Assembly: GCA_947480335.1 (NCBI GenBank)
Contig: CANKCB010000006.1
Location: 13,148-77,147 of the forward strand
Source of the DNA: Gammaproteobacteria bacterium
Lineage (GTDB): Bacteria > Pseudomonadota > Gammaproteobacteria > Eutrophobiales > Eutrophobiaceae
Length of the DNA stretch: 64,000 bases
Reading direction: 5' to 3'
The notes beneath the pieces were generated by a model. The model saw only the letters and a list, made by a program, of their open reading frames with translations. It was not told the DNA's origin and made no database searches. Below, piece after piece: positions 54,555-64,000 of the stretch (position 1 is the first letter of the stretch; each line of letters begins with the position of its first letter). A program made the translations under genes and the position numbers.

Positions 54555-56231
54555 CTATTCTCCTTCTGCCTGTGCAACACTGCCGTTATAGATCCGTTGT
54601 TTGAACGGTTCTATTCCGATACGTCGGTAGGTATCGAGAAAGCGCTCATCTTCATGACGCTTTTCAACATAGACATCCAGTAACTTGCCGATGGTATCAG
54701 CGACTTCCTTCTGGGCTATGGCTGGCCCCAGACGATCACCCAGAGCCGCATCCTCGGCAGGCGAACCGCCGAGCGTTAACTGGTAAAACTCCTCGCCTTT
54801 CTTGTCTACACCCAGTATACCGATATGGCCAACATGGTGATGACCACAGGCATTCATACAACCGGACATCTTGATCTGGATATCACCAATATCATGCAGA
54901 TAATCCATATCATTAAACTTGCTGTTGATCTGGTTGGCTATCGGAATTGAACCTGCATTTGCCAGTGAACAAAAATCCAGTCCCGGGCAACAAATCATGT
55001 CTGTCAGTAATCCGATATTCGGTGTAGCCAGATTCTGTGTTTTCAGCGCGGTCCACAAGGCATATAAGTCTCCCTGTTTAACATGGGCAAACACCAGATT
55101 CTGATCGTGGGTGGCGCGAATTTCACTGGCGCTATATTTATCTGCCAGATCCGCAATAAATTCCATCTGAGTATCGGTCACATCGCCCGGGGGAATACCC
55201 GGCATCTTCAGTGAAATATACACCCCCCGGTAACCGGCCACCTTGTGTGGTTTGACATTGCGTTTGACCCAGTTGGCAAAGCCGGTATCTGTGGACAGTT
55301 TTTGTCCAAAGCTGGTATCGGCTGCGGCCTTACTGTCATAGGGTGGATCCAGAAAATATTTTTTCACCCGGTCAATTTCTTTCTGATCCAGCAACAATAC
55401 AGAATCTCTAATCTGCAGCCATTCCTGCTCGACCATTTCAGCAAATTTTTCCGGCCCAATCGCTTTTACCAGTATCTTGATACGCGCCTTGTGGATATTG
55501 TCACGTCGTCCGAACAGGTTATAGACACGCAGTATCGCTTCCAGATAGGACAACAGATACTTTTTCTCCAGAAACTCCTTGATGAAAGCGCCGATGTACG
55601 GCAAGCGACCCAGACCGCCCCCGACAAGAATACGAAAACCGACTTCACCCTGATCATTTTTTACTACGTAAATACCGATATCGTGTACCTGCACAGCAGC
55701 CCGATCTTTTACTGCACCGGAGACAGCAATCTTGAACTTACGCGGCAAATAGGAGAATTCCGGGTGGAAAGTCGACCATTGACGAATAATTTCACAATAG
55801 GATCTGGGATCTTCAATTTCATCTTCGGCCACCCCGGCAAAATGATCGGAGGTGATATTGCGTATGCAGTTGCCACTGGTCTGGATGGCGTGCATTTCAA
55901 CACTGGCCAGATCCGCGAGGATATCCGGCACCGTTTCCAGTCTCGGCCAGTTGTACTGGATATTCTGGCGGGTACTGAAATGACCATAACCCTTGTCATA
56001 TTTACGGGCAATATGGCCCAGCATGCGCAACTGGTCAGACGACAACAGTCCGTAGGGTATCGACACCCTCAGCATGGGAGCATAACGCTGGATATAAAGA
56101 CCATTCATCAGGCGTAAGGGCCTGAATTCGTCTTCAGATAACTCTCCGGTCAGAAAGCGACGGGTCTGGTCACGAAACTGCTCTACCCTTTCGTTTACGA
56201 TAGTTCTGTCATATTCGTCGTATATATACAT
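54555..56231 (-). CDS. cysI: Siroheme/4Fe-4S nitrite/sulfite reductase (Pseudomonas-type CysI)
   Basis: FRPLRLMNGLYIQ, TRQNIQ, TSGNCIRN, LPRKFKIA, CPGLDFC, SGCMNACGHH. Confidence 0.9.
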   Translation of the reverse strand: MYIYDEYDRTIVNERVEQFRDQTRRFLTGELSEDEFRPLRLMNGLYIQRYAPMLRVSIPYGLLSSDQLRMLGHIARKYDKGYGHFSTRQNIQYNWPRLETVPDILADLASVEMHAIQTSGNCIRNITSDHFAGVAEDEIEDPRSYCEIIRQWSTFHPEFSYLPRKFKIAVSGAVKDRAAVQVHDIGIYVVKNDQGEVGFRILVGGGLGRLPYIGAFIKEFLEKKYLLSYLEAILRVYNLFGRRDNIHKARIKILVKAIGPEKFAEMVEQEWLQIRDSVLLLDQKEIDRVKKYFLDPPYDSKAAADTSFGQKLSTDTGFANWVKRNVKPHKVAGYRGVYISLKMPGIPPGDVTDTQMEFIADLADKYSASEIRATHDQNLVFAHVKQGDLYALWTALKTQNLATPNIGLLTDMICCPGLDFCSLANAGSIPIANQINSKFNDMDYLHDIGDIQIKMSGCMNACGHHHVGHIGILGVDKKGEEFYQLTLGGSPAEDAALGDRLGPAIAQKEVADTIGKLLDVYVEKRHEDERFLDTYRRIGIEPFKQRIYNGSVAQAEGE

Positions 56232-56291
56232 CGTTGCTCTTTACGGATTCCGTATGTGGTGAATTTCAGGGCTGCAAAAGATAACAATAAT

Positions 56292-56305
56292 TTGATATTC
56301 ATCAA
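56292..56305. promoter_or_regulatory. FNR/Anr-type box
   Basis: TTGAT-ATTC-ATCAA, perfect consensus, about 60 bp upstream of the reductase start. Confidence 0.5.
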
Positions 56306-56443
56306 AGTAATATATCTTGCTAAGAATATAACAATATTGCGGAAATCAGGATTTCAGTCCATTCCGGCAGGAATTTAGAGGAAAACGGTCTGAAATCCGG
56401 GTGATTCAGAACCGCCAATACAGCCGTACTACGCTATTAAAGT

Positions 56444-56662
56444 TCAGAGATATTTGTATTGGGCAATCAGGGCACGTCCCTTGCGGGTAACATAACCTTC
56501 AGTATCGATAAAACCGCGCAACTTTGCTTCGGAATATAACGTACCCGATTTGTTATGCTTGGGCAAATACACCAGACCATCACCATAACGGTATTGCAGT
56601 ATCATGGCGATTTGCGATTCCGGTGCTTCCGGCTCTAACGAACTTTGTAATAATGCTGACAT
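56444..56662 (-). CDS. Small hypothetical protein (72 aa)
   Basis: ATG start, fills the intergenic space; C-terminal GFIDTEGYVTRKGR. Confidence 0.6.
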   Translation of the reverse strand: MSALLQSSLEPEAPESQIAMILQYRYGDGLVYLPKHNKSGTLYSEAKLRGFIDTEGYVTRKGRALIAQYKYL

Positions 56663-56897
56663 AGTGGTGCTTCCCCGCCTCCAGACTACTTAAACAATTT
56701 TCTTAGTAATAACAGTAAATTACCTTATTACATGAAGTTATATAATTCATCTTATATTTAATGTCAATAGAATCAGCTAAATCATTGTTCATTAAAAACA
56801 AGCTGACAGTTGCTCCCCTCTCTTCCAGGCTTATCTCCCGGAGCAGAAACAGGATGATTTTCAGGTATTAGGACAGATCAGAACGCTAACTGGTTCA

Positions 56898-58007
56898 TTA
56901 ATCGGATAAATGTTCCAGTGCGAGGAATTCACGACTTTGCATCTCGATCAAACGACTACTGGTACGTTCGAAACTACCCACCAGACGCTTGCCCTGATAC
57001 AAATCACTGGCGGGTACAGCTGCTGTTAAAATCAACTTTACATTACGATCATAAAATTCATCCACCAGGGTAATAAACCGTCTGACCTGATCATTCTGCT
57101 CCTCCCCCATTTGTGGTACGTTTGCTATCAGCACCGTCTGGAACTGCCTGGCCAGTTCAATATAGTCTGCCGGTCCTCTGGGTCCATCACAGATCGCCTT
57201 AAAGTCAAACCAGACCACACCTTCTGCACAACGCACCACCTGAATCTTGCGCTTCTCTATCTCAATCGTTCCACCCGACCTGCCAGGATTTGGCGCTATA
57301 TGCTCAAAATTGGTGGCCAACATGCTGTCAGCATGTTGGTCGAGCGGATAATGATAGATTTCTGCACTGTCGAGATAGCGCAGGCGGTAATCAATTCCGG
57401 AATCGAGATTAAATACCTGACAATGGGTCTTGATGAGTTCTATCGCAGGCAGAAACCGATCCCGCTGCAAGCCACCCGCATAAAGATTATCCGGAGGCTG
57501 ATTTGAAGTGGCCACCAGTGTCACCCCCCGTGCATACAGGGCGTCGAGCAGTCCACTGAGCAACATCGCATCGGTAATATCGGACACATGGAATTCATCA
57601 AAACAAATCACGCAGGCCTGTCTGGCAAAGTCATCCGCCACCTTATGCAAGGGATATTCAATATCATGTAACTGCTTTAGTTCATGATGCACACGTTGCA
57701 TGAAACGGTGAAAATGAATGCGCAGCTTGTTATCAAATGGCAGGCTTTCATAGAATGAATCCACAATGCGGGTCTTGCCTCGTCCGACACCGCCCCAGAA
57801 GTAAATTCCCCTGACCGTTTCTGTAGCATGACCGGATAGTTTCTGTTTAATCCGTGCAAACAAACCCTGGCGTTGACTGGCTGATTTTAGCAACTGTTCA
57901 TATAAAGACTGGGTCAACATCACCGCCTGATACTGGTTGGGATCATCCATGATTTCAGAGCGATCCAGATCGTGTTGATAGCGTTCCAGTGGGGTAAGTT
58001 TACTCAT
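56898..58007 (-). CDS. zapE: AFG1-family ATPase ZapE
   Basis: WGGVGRGKT, HFHRFM, CFDEFHV, ATSN, RFITLVDEFYD, SRLIEMQ. Confidence 0.94.
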   Translation of the reverse strand: MSKLTPLERYQHDLDRSEIMDDPNQYQAVMLTQSLYEQLLKSASQRQGLFARIKQKLSGHATETVRGIYFWGGVGRGKTRIVDSFYESLPFDNKLRIHFHRFMQRVHHELKQLHDIEYPLHKVADDFARQACVICFDEFHVSDITDAMLLSGLLDALYARGVTLVATSNQPPDNLYAGGLQRDRFLPAIELIKTHCQVFNLDSGIDYRLRYLDSAEIYHYPLDQHADSMLATNFEHIAPNPGRSGGTIEIEKRKIQVVRCAEGVVWFDFKAICDGPRGPADYIELARQFQTVLIANVPQMGEEQNDQVRRFITLVDEFYDRNVKLILTAAVPASDLYQGKRLVGSFERTSSRLIEMQSREFLALEHLSD

Positions 58008-58190
58008 GTCTAATAAATTCAGCTATTTACAACTTTTATCCCGTTGGTACGTTTGTCTCTTGATGTAATACTGACCACCGTTGGCAATCAGCGGATCGTC
58101 CCCCTGCTAGTTCACAGAGATGTATTGAGTTTACAACATAGCCCATCGTTACGCAGCTTCATTACCATCGTCAAAAGCGCCAACAGACGC

Positions 58191-59384
58191 TCATGAACCC
58201 ACATCTAACGCAGGACTGATTTTGCGCATCAACACCAGCAACAGGGAGATGGCGGCAAACCCGGCGCCGCAATAAAACGTCATGGCCGCGCCAAACATGT
58301 CCCACACCACTCCGGCGACCAGGCTGGCCAGTAACATGGCAATACCACTGACCAGATAAAACAGACCAAAACCGGATCCACGCAATTTTTTCGGTGAGGC
58401 ATCCGCTACCATGGTTGCCAGCAAACCCTGGGTAATACCCATATGCAGTCCCCATAACACCACTCCGGCAAAAATACTGGTTAGTGTGTGTGCCTGTGCC
58501 AGCAACAAGTCGGCAGCCAGTAATACCAGCAAACCTGCCACCATCAGGTAATTTCGATCGATTCGGTCGGCCAGTTTGCCAGCGGGATAAGCCGAAAGTG
58601 CATAGAGGATATTCATTATAATAAGAATGACAGGCGCATAGGTATCCGGTAAACCCGCTGCCCGGGCGCGAAGAATCAAAAACGCTTCACTAAAACGCGC
58701 CAGGGTAAAAAAACCGCCCATCACTACGACCCACCAGAACGCCGGAGAGAACTGCCTCAGTGTAGAATATTGCAGTGGCGGGGCCAGCTCACCCTGCTCA
58801 CGAATTGAATTCGGCTCACTGATCCCGACAAACAGTAAGATGACTGACAGAATGGCCGGTAGCGTGGCAAACCAGAACACCTGCCTGAAATCCCCTTCGT
58901 AGTAAAGCATTAACAGAATGGCCAGCCCAGGTCCTACAAATGCGCCGATGGTATCCAATGACTGACGCAAGCCATATGCCGCTCCGCGAATATTGCTCGA
59001 CACCATGTCAGCTACCAACGCATCTCTTGGGGCACCCCGTATTCCCTTGCCGATTCGGTCCATAAACCGCGCAAAGAAGGCCCAGTAAACGGTGGTTGCA
59101 AGTGCAAAGGCCGGTTTTGACAAGGCACTCAGACCATATCCAAAAACAGCCAATCCCTTGCGACGTCCCAGCCAGTCACTGAGTACGCCTGAAAAAATCT
59201 TGATGATTAGTGCAGCAGCTTCTGCAATCCCTTCAATCATACCGACCATCATCACACTGGCACCGAGTGATGAGACCATAAACACAGGCAACAGACTGTG
59301 TATCAGTTCGGAAGACATATCCATGAACATGCTGACAAAGCCCAGCACCCACACCCCTCGCGGAATTTTATGCAACGGACTCAT
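58191..59384 (-). CDS. MFS transporter
   Basis: SMFMDMSSELIH, SDWLGRRK, DRIGKGIRGAPRDAL. Confidence 0.9.
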   Translation of the reverse strand: MSPLHKIPRGVWVLGFVSMFMDMSSELIHSLLPVFMVSSLGASVMMVGMIEGIAEAAALIIKIFSGVLSDWLGRRKGLAVFGYGLSALSKPAFALATTVYWAFFARFMDRIGKGIRGAPRDALVADMVSSNIRGAAYGLRQSLDTIGAFVGPGLAILLMLYYEGDFRQVFWFATLPAILSVILLFVGISEPNSIREQGELAPPLQYSTLRQFSPAFWWVVVMGGFFTLARFSEAFLILRARAAGLPDTYAPVILIIMNILYALSAYPAGKLADRIDRNYLMVAGLLVLLAADLLLAQAHTLTSIFAGVVLWGLHMGITQGLLATMVADASPKKLRGSGFGLFYLVSGIAMLLASLVAGVVWDMFGAAMTFYCGAGFAAISLLLVLMRKISPALDVGS

Positions 59385-59406
59385 ATACGAATGTCCATAT
59401 AAACTT

Positions 59407-60510
59407 TCAGAATAACTCCATCTGGCTTTTTTGCTTGCCGGGGCGCTGGAACCGAGTGGTATCCAGCTGGATACGACTCCGGTTCAATCCGAGTCGCTCA
59501 CAAATTTTGCGAAACCGTTGGTCAATAATGGCGGCATAGATACCTGTGCCACGCATACGAGACATAAATTGCGGATCATTGTCCTTGCCACTACGAATAT
59601 CCATGATCCGGTTCATTACATGCCCCGCTTTTAACGGGTAATGCGTTTGCAGCCATTCACGAAACAACAATTTCACCTCATGGGGCAATCGCAGCATAAC
59701 ATAGCCGGCCGTGATTGCTCCGGCTTCTGCCGCCTGTGTCAGTACTGCTTCAATTTCAGAATCGTTCAATACGGGAATAATGGGTGCAAACATCACTCCA
59801 ACCGGGATACCCGCCTGTTTCAGGCATGCAATTGTTTGTAACCTTCGTCGCGGTGCAGTGGCACGAGGTTCCATTTTACGGGCCAGTTCATTATCAAAGG
59901 TGGTAATCGAGATAAACACCTGCACCAGATTGTTTCTGGCCATCTCTGTGAGGATATCCAGATCCCTTTCTACCAGTGATGACTTGGTCACAATCGTCAA
60001 GGGGTGCGAGGTTTCATGCAATACTTCCAGCAGCTGGCGCGTAATCTGCCACTCTCGTTCTATCGGTTGATACGGATCTGTATTGCTACCAAATGCTATT
60101 GGCGTGCACTGGTAGTTACGCTTGCTGATTTCCGCTCTGAGCAATTTTGCCGCATCTGGTTTGGCAAACAACCGTGTTTCAAAATCAATTCCGGGAGACA
60201 AATCCATGTACGCATGGGTCGGGCGGGCGTAACAATAGATACAGCCATGCTCACAACCACGGTAGGGATTGATCGAGGCATCAAACGGTATGTCAGGTGA
60301 CTGGTTACGACTGATGATCGTGAGCGGATGTTCAACTGTAACGGTAGTTGCCAGCGGTGGCAGATCCTCCTCCATATCCCAGCCGTCATTAACCTTTTCT
60401 TTTGTGGTGGCCAAATAGCGCGAGCCCACCTTATTGGTGGTTCCCCTGCCGCGCACAAACTTGTCTGTCTTGTCTTTTTCCACCGATGAGGGTTCCAGCT
60501 GTATTGCCAC
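59407..60510 (-). CDS. PA0069/Rv2578c-family radical SAM protein
   Basis: NPYRGCEHGCIYCYARP (CxxxCxxC), NTDPYQP.E, QMELF tail; GTG start. Confidence 0.92.
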   Translation of the reverse strand: MAIQLEPSSVEKDKTDKFVRGRGTTNKVGSRYLATTKEKVNDGWDMEEDLPPLATTVTVEHPLTIISRNQSPDIPFDASINPYRGCEHGCIYCYARPTHAYMDLSPGIDFETRLFAKPDAAKLLRAEISKRNYQCTPIAFGSNTDPYQPIEREWQITRQLLEVLHETSHPLTIVTKSSLVERDLDILTEMARNNLVQVFISITTFDNELARKMEPRATAPRRRLQTIACLKQAGIPVGVMFAPIIPVLNDSEIEAVLTQAAEAGAITAGYVMLRLPHEVKLLFREWLQTHYPLKAGHVMNRIMDIRSGKDNDPQFMSRMRGTGIYAAIIDQRFRKICERLGLNRSRIQLDTTRFQRPGKQKSQMELF

Positions 60511-60696
60511 TTCCGGGTTTTAATGACGTTTATTGTTAAAAGCAGGGAAATATTCCATGATTCCGGCATGTACTATTGCTATGCTTGCCAGCAGGAGTAT
60601 GGTCAACGAGCCAGCCCTATAGGCTGTACGGGAATACAACACACCGCGACTCATTAAATAATAGACCTGATAAGCTGCATCCATTATAAATAATAT

Positions 60697-62022
60697 ATGT
60701 TTCCACCCATAGTATCTGAAATCATCCTGCTGGCCGTGTTGCTGTTGCTGATCTGGCAACTGTTGAGGCAATCACCGTCTGACAAGACCGATCTGACCAG
60801 ACTGGATACCCGTCTGGAAGAACAGGGTAGACGGCTGGGCCAGCTGGAAGAACGGCTGGGTGACCTGAAGCTGTCACAACAGGATGCACAAGCCCAGTTA
60901 AGAGAGCGACTAACCAGCTCTTTTGCAGAATTTCGTGAAGAGTTACGTAGCATCCTCTCTGAACACAATACCCGCTTCGAACAGCGGCAGGCAGAGACCA
61001 CCAAAGCCCTGTCCGAATCAATGCAATCCGGAATTACCAACCTGCAAAAACAAATCGGTGATTACCTGAACCGCTACAGTGAGGATCTGGGTAAGCGCAT
61101 GGAAGTTCTGACCAGCAAGACGGATGAACGACTACAGCAAATTTCCGGTCAGGTTGAAAAACGCCTGACTGAAGGCTTTGAAAAGACTACCGCTACCTTT
61201 GCCGATATTCTCAAACGTCTGGCACTGATTGATGAAGCCCAGAAAAAGATTACGGAATTATCAACCAATGTGGTCAGTTTGCAAGAAATCCTGGCAGACA
61301 AACGCTCGCGCGGTGCATTTGGTGAAGTACAGCTGAATGCACTGGTTGCCAATGTCATGCCGGAACATACCTGGCAGACACAATATACGCTACCCAATAA
61401 CAGTATTGCCGATTGTGTGCTGTTTTTACCTGAACCTACCGGCATGTTGGCAATCGATTCGAAATTCCCGCTCGAATCCTATAAACGCATGACGGACATT
61501 TCCACACCGGATAGCGATAGAAAAATGGCCGAGCGACAGTTCCGTCAGGACATCAGCAAGCATATACAGGATATTTCTTCCAAATATATACTGCCCGGCA
61601 TCACCTCGGACGGCGCGATGATGTTCATACCTGCTGAGGCGGTATTTGCAGAGATTCACGCCCACTATCCCGATTTGGTCGACAAGGCACATGCGGCAAG
61701 GGTCTGGATGGTCTCTCCGACTACCCTTTGGGCCGTGCTCAATACCTCACGCAGTGTATTGCGTGACGCCGCCACGCGGGAACAGGTGCACATTATCCAG
61801 GAACATCTTGGTTTGTTGGGCAAGGATTTCGGACGTTTCCAGAAACGCATGGATGATCTGGAAAAACACATCAAGCAGGCACATGAAGACGTGGAAAACG
61901 TCAATATCTCGGCACGCAAAATCTCGGCACGCTTTGAAAAAATAGAACGCGTTGAACTGACAAATGATAAGGACATCACAACAGCGGTTTTGTCTGTAGA
62001 CGATGATGACAAAATCCCCTAG
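60697..62022 (+). CDS. rmuC: DNA recombination protein RmuC
   Basis: TM anchor, coiled coil, RGAFGEVQL, IDSKFP, MFIPAEA, VSPTTL. Confidence 0.93.
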   Translation: MFPPIVSEIILLAVLLLLIWQLLRQSPSDKTDLTRLDTRLEEQGRRLGQLEERLGDLKLSQQDAQAQLRERLTSSFAEFREELRSILSEHNTRFEQRQAETTKALSESMQSGITNLQKQIGDYLNRYSEDLGKRMEVLTSKTDERLQQISGQVEKRLTEGFEKTTATFADILKRLALIDEAQKKITELSTNVVSLQEILADKRSRGAFGEVQLNALVANVMPEHTWQTQYTLPNNSIADCVLFLPEPTGMLAIDSKFPLESYKRMTDISTPDSDRKMAERQFRQDISKHIQDISSKYILPGITSDGAMMFIPAEAVFAEIHAHYPDLVDKAHAARVWMVSPTTLWAVLNTSRSVLRDAATREQVHIIQEHLGLLGKDFGRFQKRMDDLEKHIKQAHEDVENVNISARKISARFEKIERVELTNDKDITTAVLSVDDDDKIP

Positions 62023-62121
62023 CATTCCTTAAAGACAGAACACCTGATTACTGCTGCATACCCAGAAACCCCATATACGGACACACCCGCCTTCCCCGGA
62101 CGGACATTCCCGGCACCTGAA

Positions 62122-62928
62122 ATGAAAAAACTGAAAGCAATTATTTTCGATATGGACGGCACCCTTGCGGATACCGAGGAAATCCATCGCCAGTCGTTTA
62201 ATACGGCATTCAGTGAATTCGGTATAGCTTGTCATTGGGACCAGCATGAATATAAACAGTTGCTTGCCATATCCGGTGGACGTGAACGCTTGACCCAATA
62301 CCTGCAAATTCATACTCACCTCGGGGTACGTCCCGAAGCCTTGACAGAGATCGTCGACAAACTGCATAAACGTAAATCGGCGATATACAGACAAAATCTG
62401 ATCAACGGTCATGTCGGACTGCGTCCAGGCGTACGTCGGTTAATTGACGATGCCAAAAGTCAGGGTGTCAATCTGGCGATCGCGACCAGCTCTTCTTCCA
62501 GAAATGTCGATACGCTGTTAAAAGTGGTATTGGGTGAAAATGCACTGGATCTGTTCAGTGCAATTGTTACCAGCGACGAGGTCGATGAGAAGAAACCATC
62601 CCCTGCGGTTTATCTTTATGCACTCGAAACGCTTGGACTGGAGGCTGAAAACTGCGTTGCCCTGGAAGATACCTGCAATGGCAATCTCGCTGCCTTGACC
62701 GCCGGGCTTAGAACAATTGTAACTACCCATTTCTTTACGGCAGACGATGATTTCAGTGGCGCATCGCTGATTGTCAATCATCTCGGCGACCCCGGCAATC
62801 TGCCAATAATGACTCCTGCCACTGTCTTTGGACAGCAGTATGTTGATGTCAGCCTGCTCGAACGAATACTTGATCAGGAACCCGTGATTATTCAACCCGT
62901 AAAGACAGAAACGATTATTGTCGTTTAG
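62122..62928 (+). CDS. HAD-IA hydrolase, CbbY-like
   Basis: FDMDGTLADTE..HRQSFN.AF, LLAISGGRERL, RPGV, KKPSPAVY, ALED. Confidence 0.82.
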   Translation: MKKLKAIIFDMDGTLADTEEIHRQSFNTAFSEFGIACHWDQHEYKQLLAISGGRERLTQYLQIHTHLGVRPEALTEIVDKLHKRKSAIYRQNLINGHVGLRPGVRRLIDDAKSQGVNLAIATSSSSRNVDTLLKVVLGENALDLFSAIVTSDEVDEKKPSPAVYLYALETLGLEAENCVALEDTCNGNLAALTAGLRTIVTTHFFTADDDFSGASLIVNHLGDPGNLPIMTPATVFGQQYVDVSLLERILDQEPVIIQPVKTETIIVV

Positions 62929-62998
62929 AAAGCCGGCATAGCCGTACTCTATTACTTTGGTGCTATAATCAGGCCATCATTTTCAGAATATTGAATCC

Positions 62999-63913
62999 AT
63001 GACGCTGACAGAACTACGCTATATTGTCGCCGTGGCCCGCGAACTGCATTTTGGTCGTGCGGCTACAGCCTGTTTTGTCAGTCAGCCTACGCTCAGTGTG
63101 GCCATCAAGAAACTGGAAGATGAACTGGGCATCGCCCTGTTTGAACGTCACAAACATGATGTCACTGTCACTCCAGTCGGGGAAAAAATAGTCGAGCAGG
63201 CCCAGCGTGTACTGGAACAGGCGAGAACCATCCGTTTGTTGGCCGAAGAAGGCAAGGATCCACTCAAGGGCAGTCTGAAACTCGGGGCGATCTATACCAT
63301 TGGTCCTTATTTGCTTCCCAAGATCATTCCGTTGTTGCATCAAAGCGCACCGGATTTAACCCTGATTATTGATGAAGATTACACCGCCAATCTTGCCAAT
63401 AAACTCAGTCAGGGTGATCTGGACATGGTCATTGTGTCCACGCCGTTTAACGTACCGGGCATCATTACAGAAGTACTATATAAGGAACCGTTTGTCGTCG
63501 TACTGCCGAAACACCATCCACTGGCACAAAAAAAATCCATCAAGGCAGAAGATCTGACGGACGAAACACTGTTACTACTCAAATCGGGAAACTGTTTCAG
63601 GGATCAGGTGATGGAAGTGTGTCCAGCCTGCCGGACGGATGTATTTACACGTAACAGCATTCAGCAGACACTCGAAGGTAGTTCGATTGAAACCATACGC
63701 CAGATGGTAATGGCAGGCACCGGAATAACCGTGCTTCCGAACAGTTCGGTTAACTACACCAGTAAGGAAAACTCACTGCTGGAGTATCGACCCTTTGCAC
63801 GACCTGTGCCAAAACGTGAAGTTGCACTCGCCTGGCGTGAAAGTTATCCACGTACGAAACTGATTCAGTTAATGATCGATACGATCTCCCGCTGTAAGTT
63901 TCCAGTGCTCTAA
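62999..63913 (+). CDS. oxyR: Peroxide-responsive LysR regulator OxyR
   Basis: MTLTELRYIVAV, HFGRAA..CFVSQPTLS, GNCFRDQVMEVC (two redox Cys), SSIETIRQMV. Confidence 0.9.
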   Translation: MTLTELRYIVAVARELHFGRAATACFVSQPTLSVAIKKLEDELGIALFERHKHDVTVTPVGEKIVEQAQRVLEQARTIRLLAEEGKDPLKGSLKLGAIYTIGPYLLPKIIPLLHQSAPDLTLIIDEDYTANLANKLSQGDLDMVIVSTPFNVPGIITEVLYKEPFVVVLPKHHPLAQKKSIKAEDLTDETLLLLKSGNCFRDQVMEVCPACRTDVFTRNSIQQTLEGSSIETIRQMVMAGTGITVLPNSSVNYTSKENSLLEYRPFARPVPKREVALAWRESYPRTKLIQLMIDTISRCKFPVL

Positions 63914-63931
63914 GCTGTCTGTGGTAATTGT

Positions 63932-64000
63932 TTAGCGTATCACCAGAAACGCGGCAGAATCTCCTCGAACAATCCTCAGTAACAATGGACCATCATACTG
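63932..64000 (-). CDS. C-terminal end of a PDZ-domain protein, probably a DegP/DegQ-type protease (truncated by window edge)
   Basis: - strand reads QYDGPLLLRIVRGDSAAFLVIR*. Confidence 0.5.
   Translation of the reverse strand, partial: QYDGPLLLRIVRGDSAAFLVIR

Noticed and set aside
55245..56117. 290-aa + strand ORF and other long overlapping ORFs (e.g. 1736-2362, 33349-34029, 49092-49760)
   Set aside because: Antisense shadows of well-supported genes with no recognisable motifs
58010..58190. Possible riboswitch or sRNA upstream of zapE
   Set aside because: No conserved aptamer motif recognised
63586..63630. OxyR has Asn rather than His before the peroxidatic Cys (GNCFRDQ)
   Set aside because: Both redox Cys are present and, as I recall, this variant occurs in other proteobacterial OxyR proteins

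Overview
Chromosomal window from a gammaproteobacterium (inferred from gene content and order), mostly housekeeping: parC, htpX, dcd-mrp-metG, an rnf/rsx operon, lptD-surA-pdxA-rsmA, aroE, apaGH, folA-thyA-lgt, GTP-type PEPCK, pgi, uvrA-ssb, sulfite reductase, zapE, rmuC, oxyR. Four things stand out. (1) An integrase-less integron cassette array (CALIN-like) at about 34.2-38 kb, between marC and folA. It has two clear and one decayed attC, cassettes encoding a PIN-like protein, a GNAT, a membrane protein, a TPR-like protein and a PD-(D/E)XK-like protein, an adjacent ParDE pair, and a ~30-bp non-attC direct repeat standing where two attC sites are expected. (2) An rnfABCDG operon with no rnfE, whose RnfA has Asp in place of its first conserved Fe-S-ligand Cys. 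(3) An expanded ammonium module (2 TorF-type porins, 3 PII, 2 AmtB) with two matching sigma54/NtrC promoters. (4) A junction joining the start of pyruvate kinase to the end of an amidase. Four genes (pdxA, comM, marC, the PIN-like cassette) are each repaired by adding one base, which suggests assembly indels rather than real pseudogenes. All family calls come from motif recognition by eye; no searches were run.
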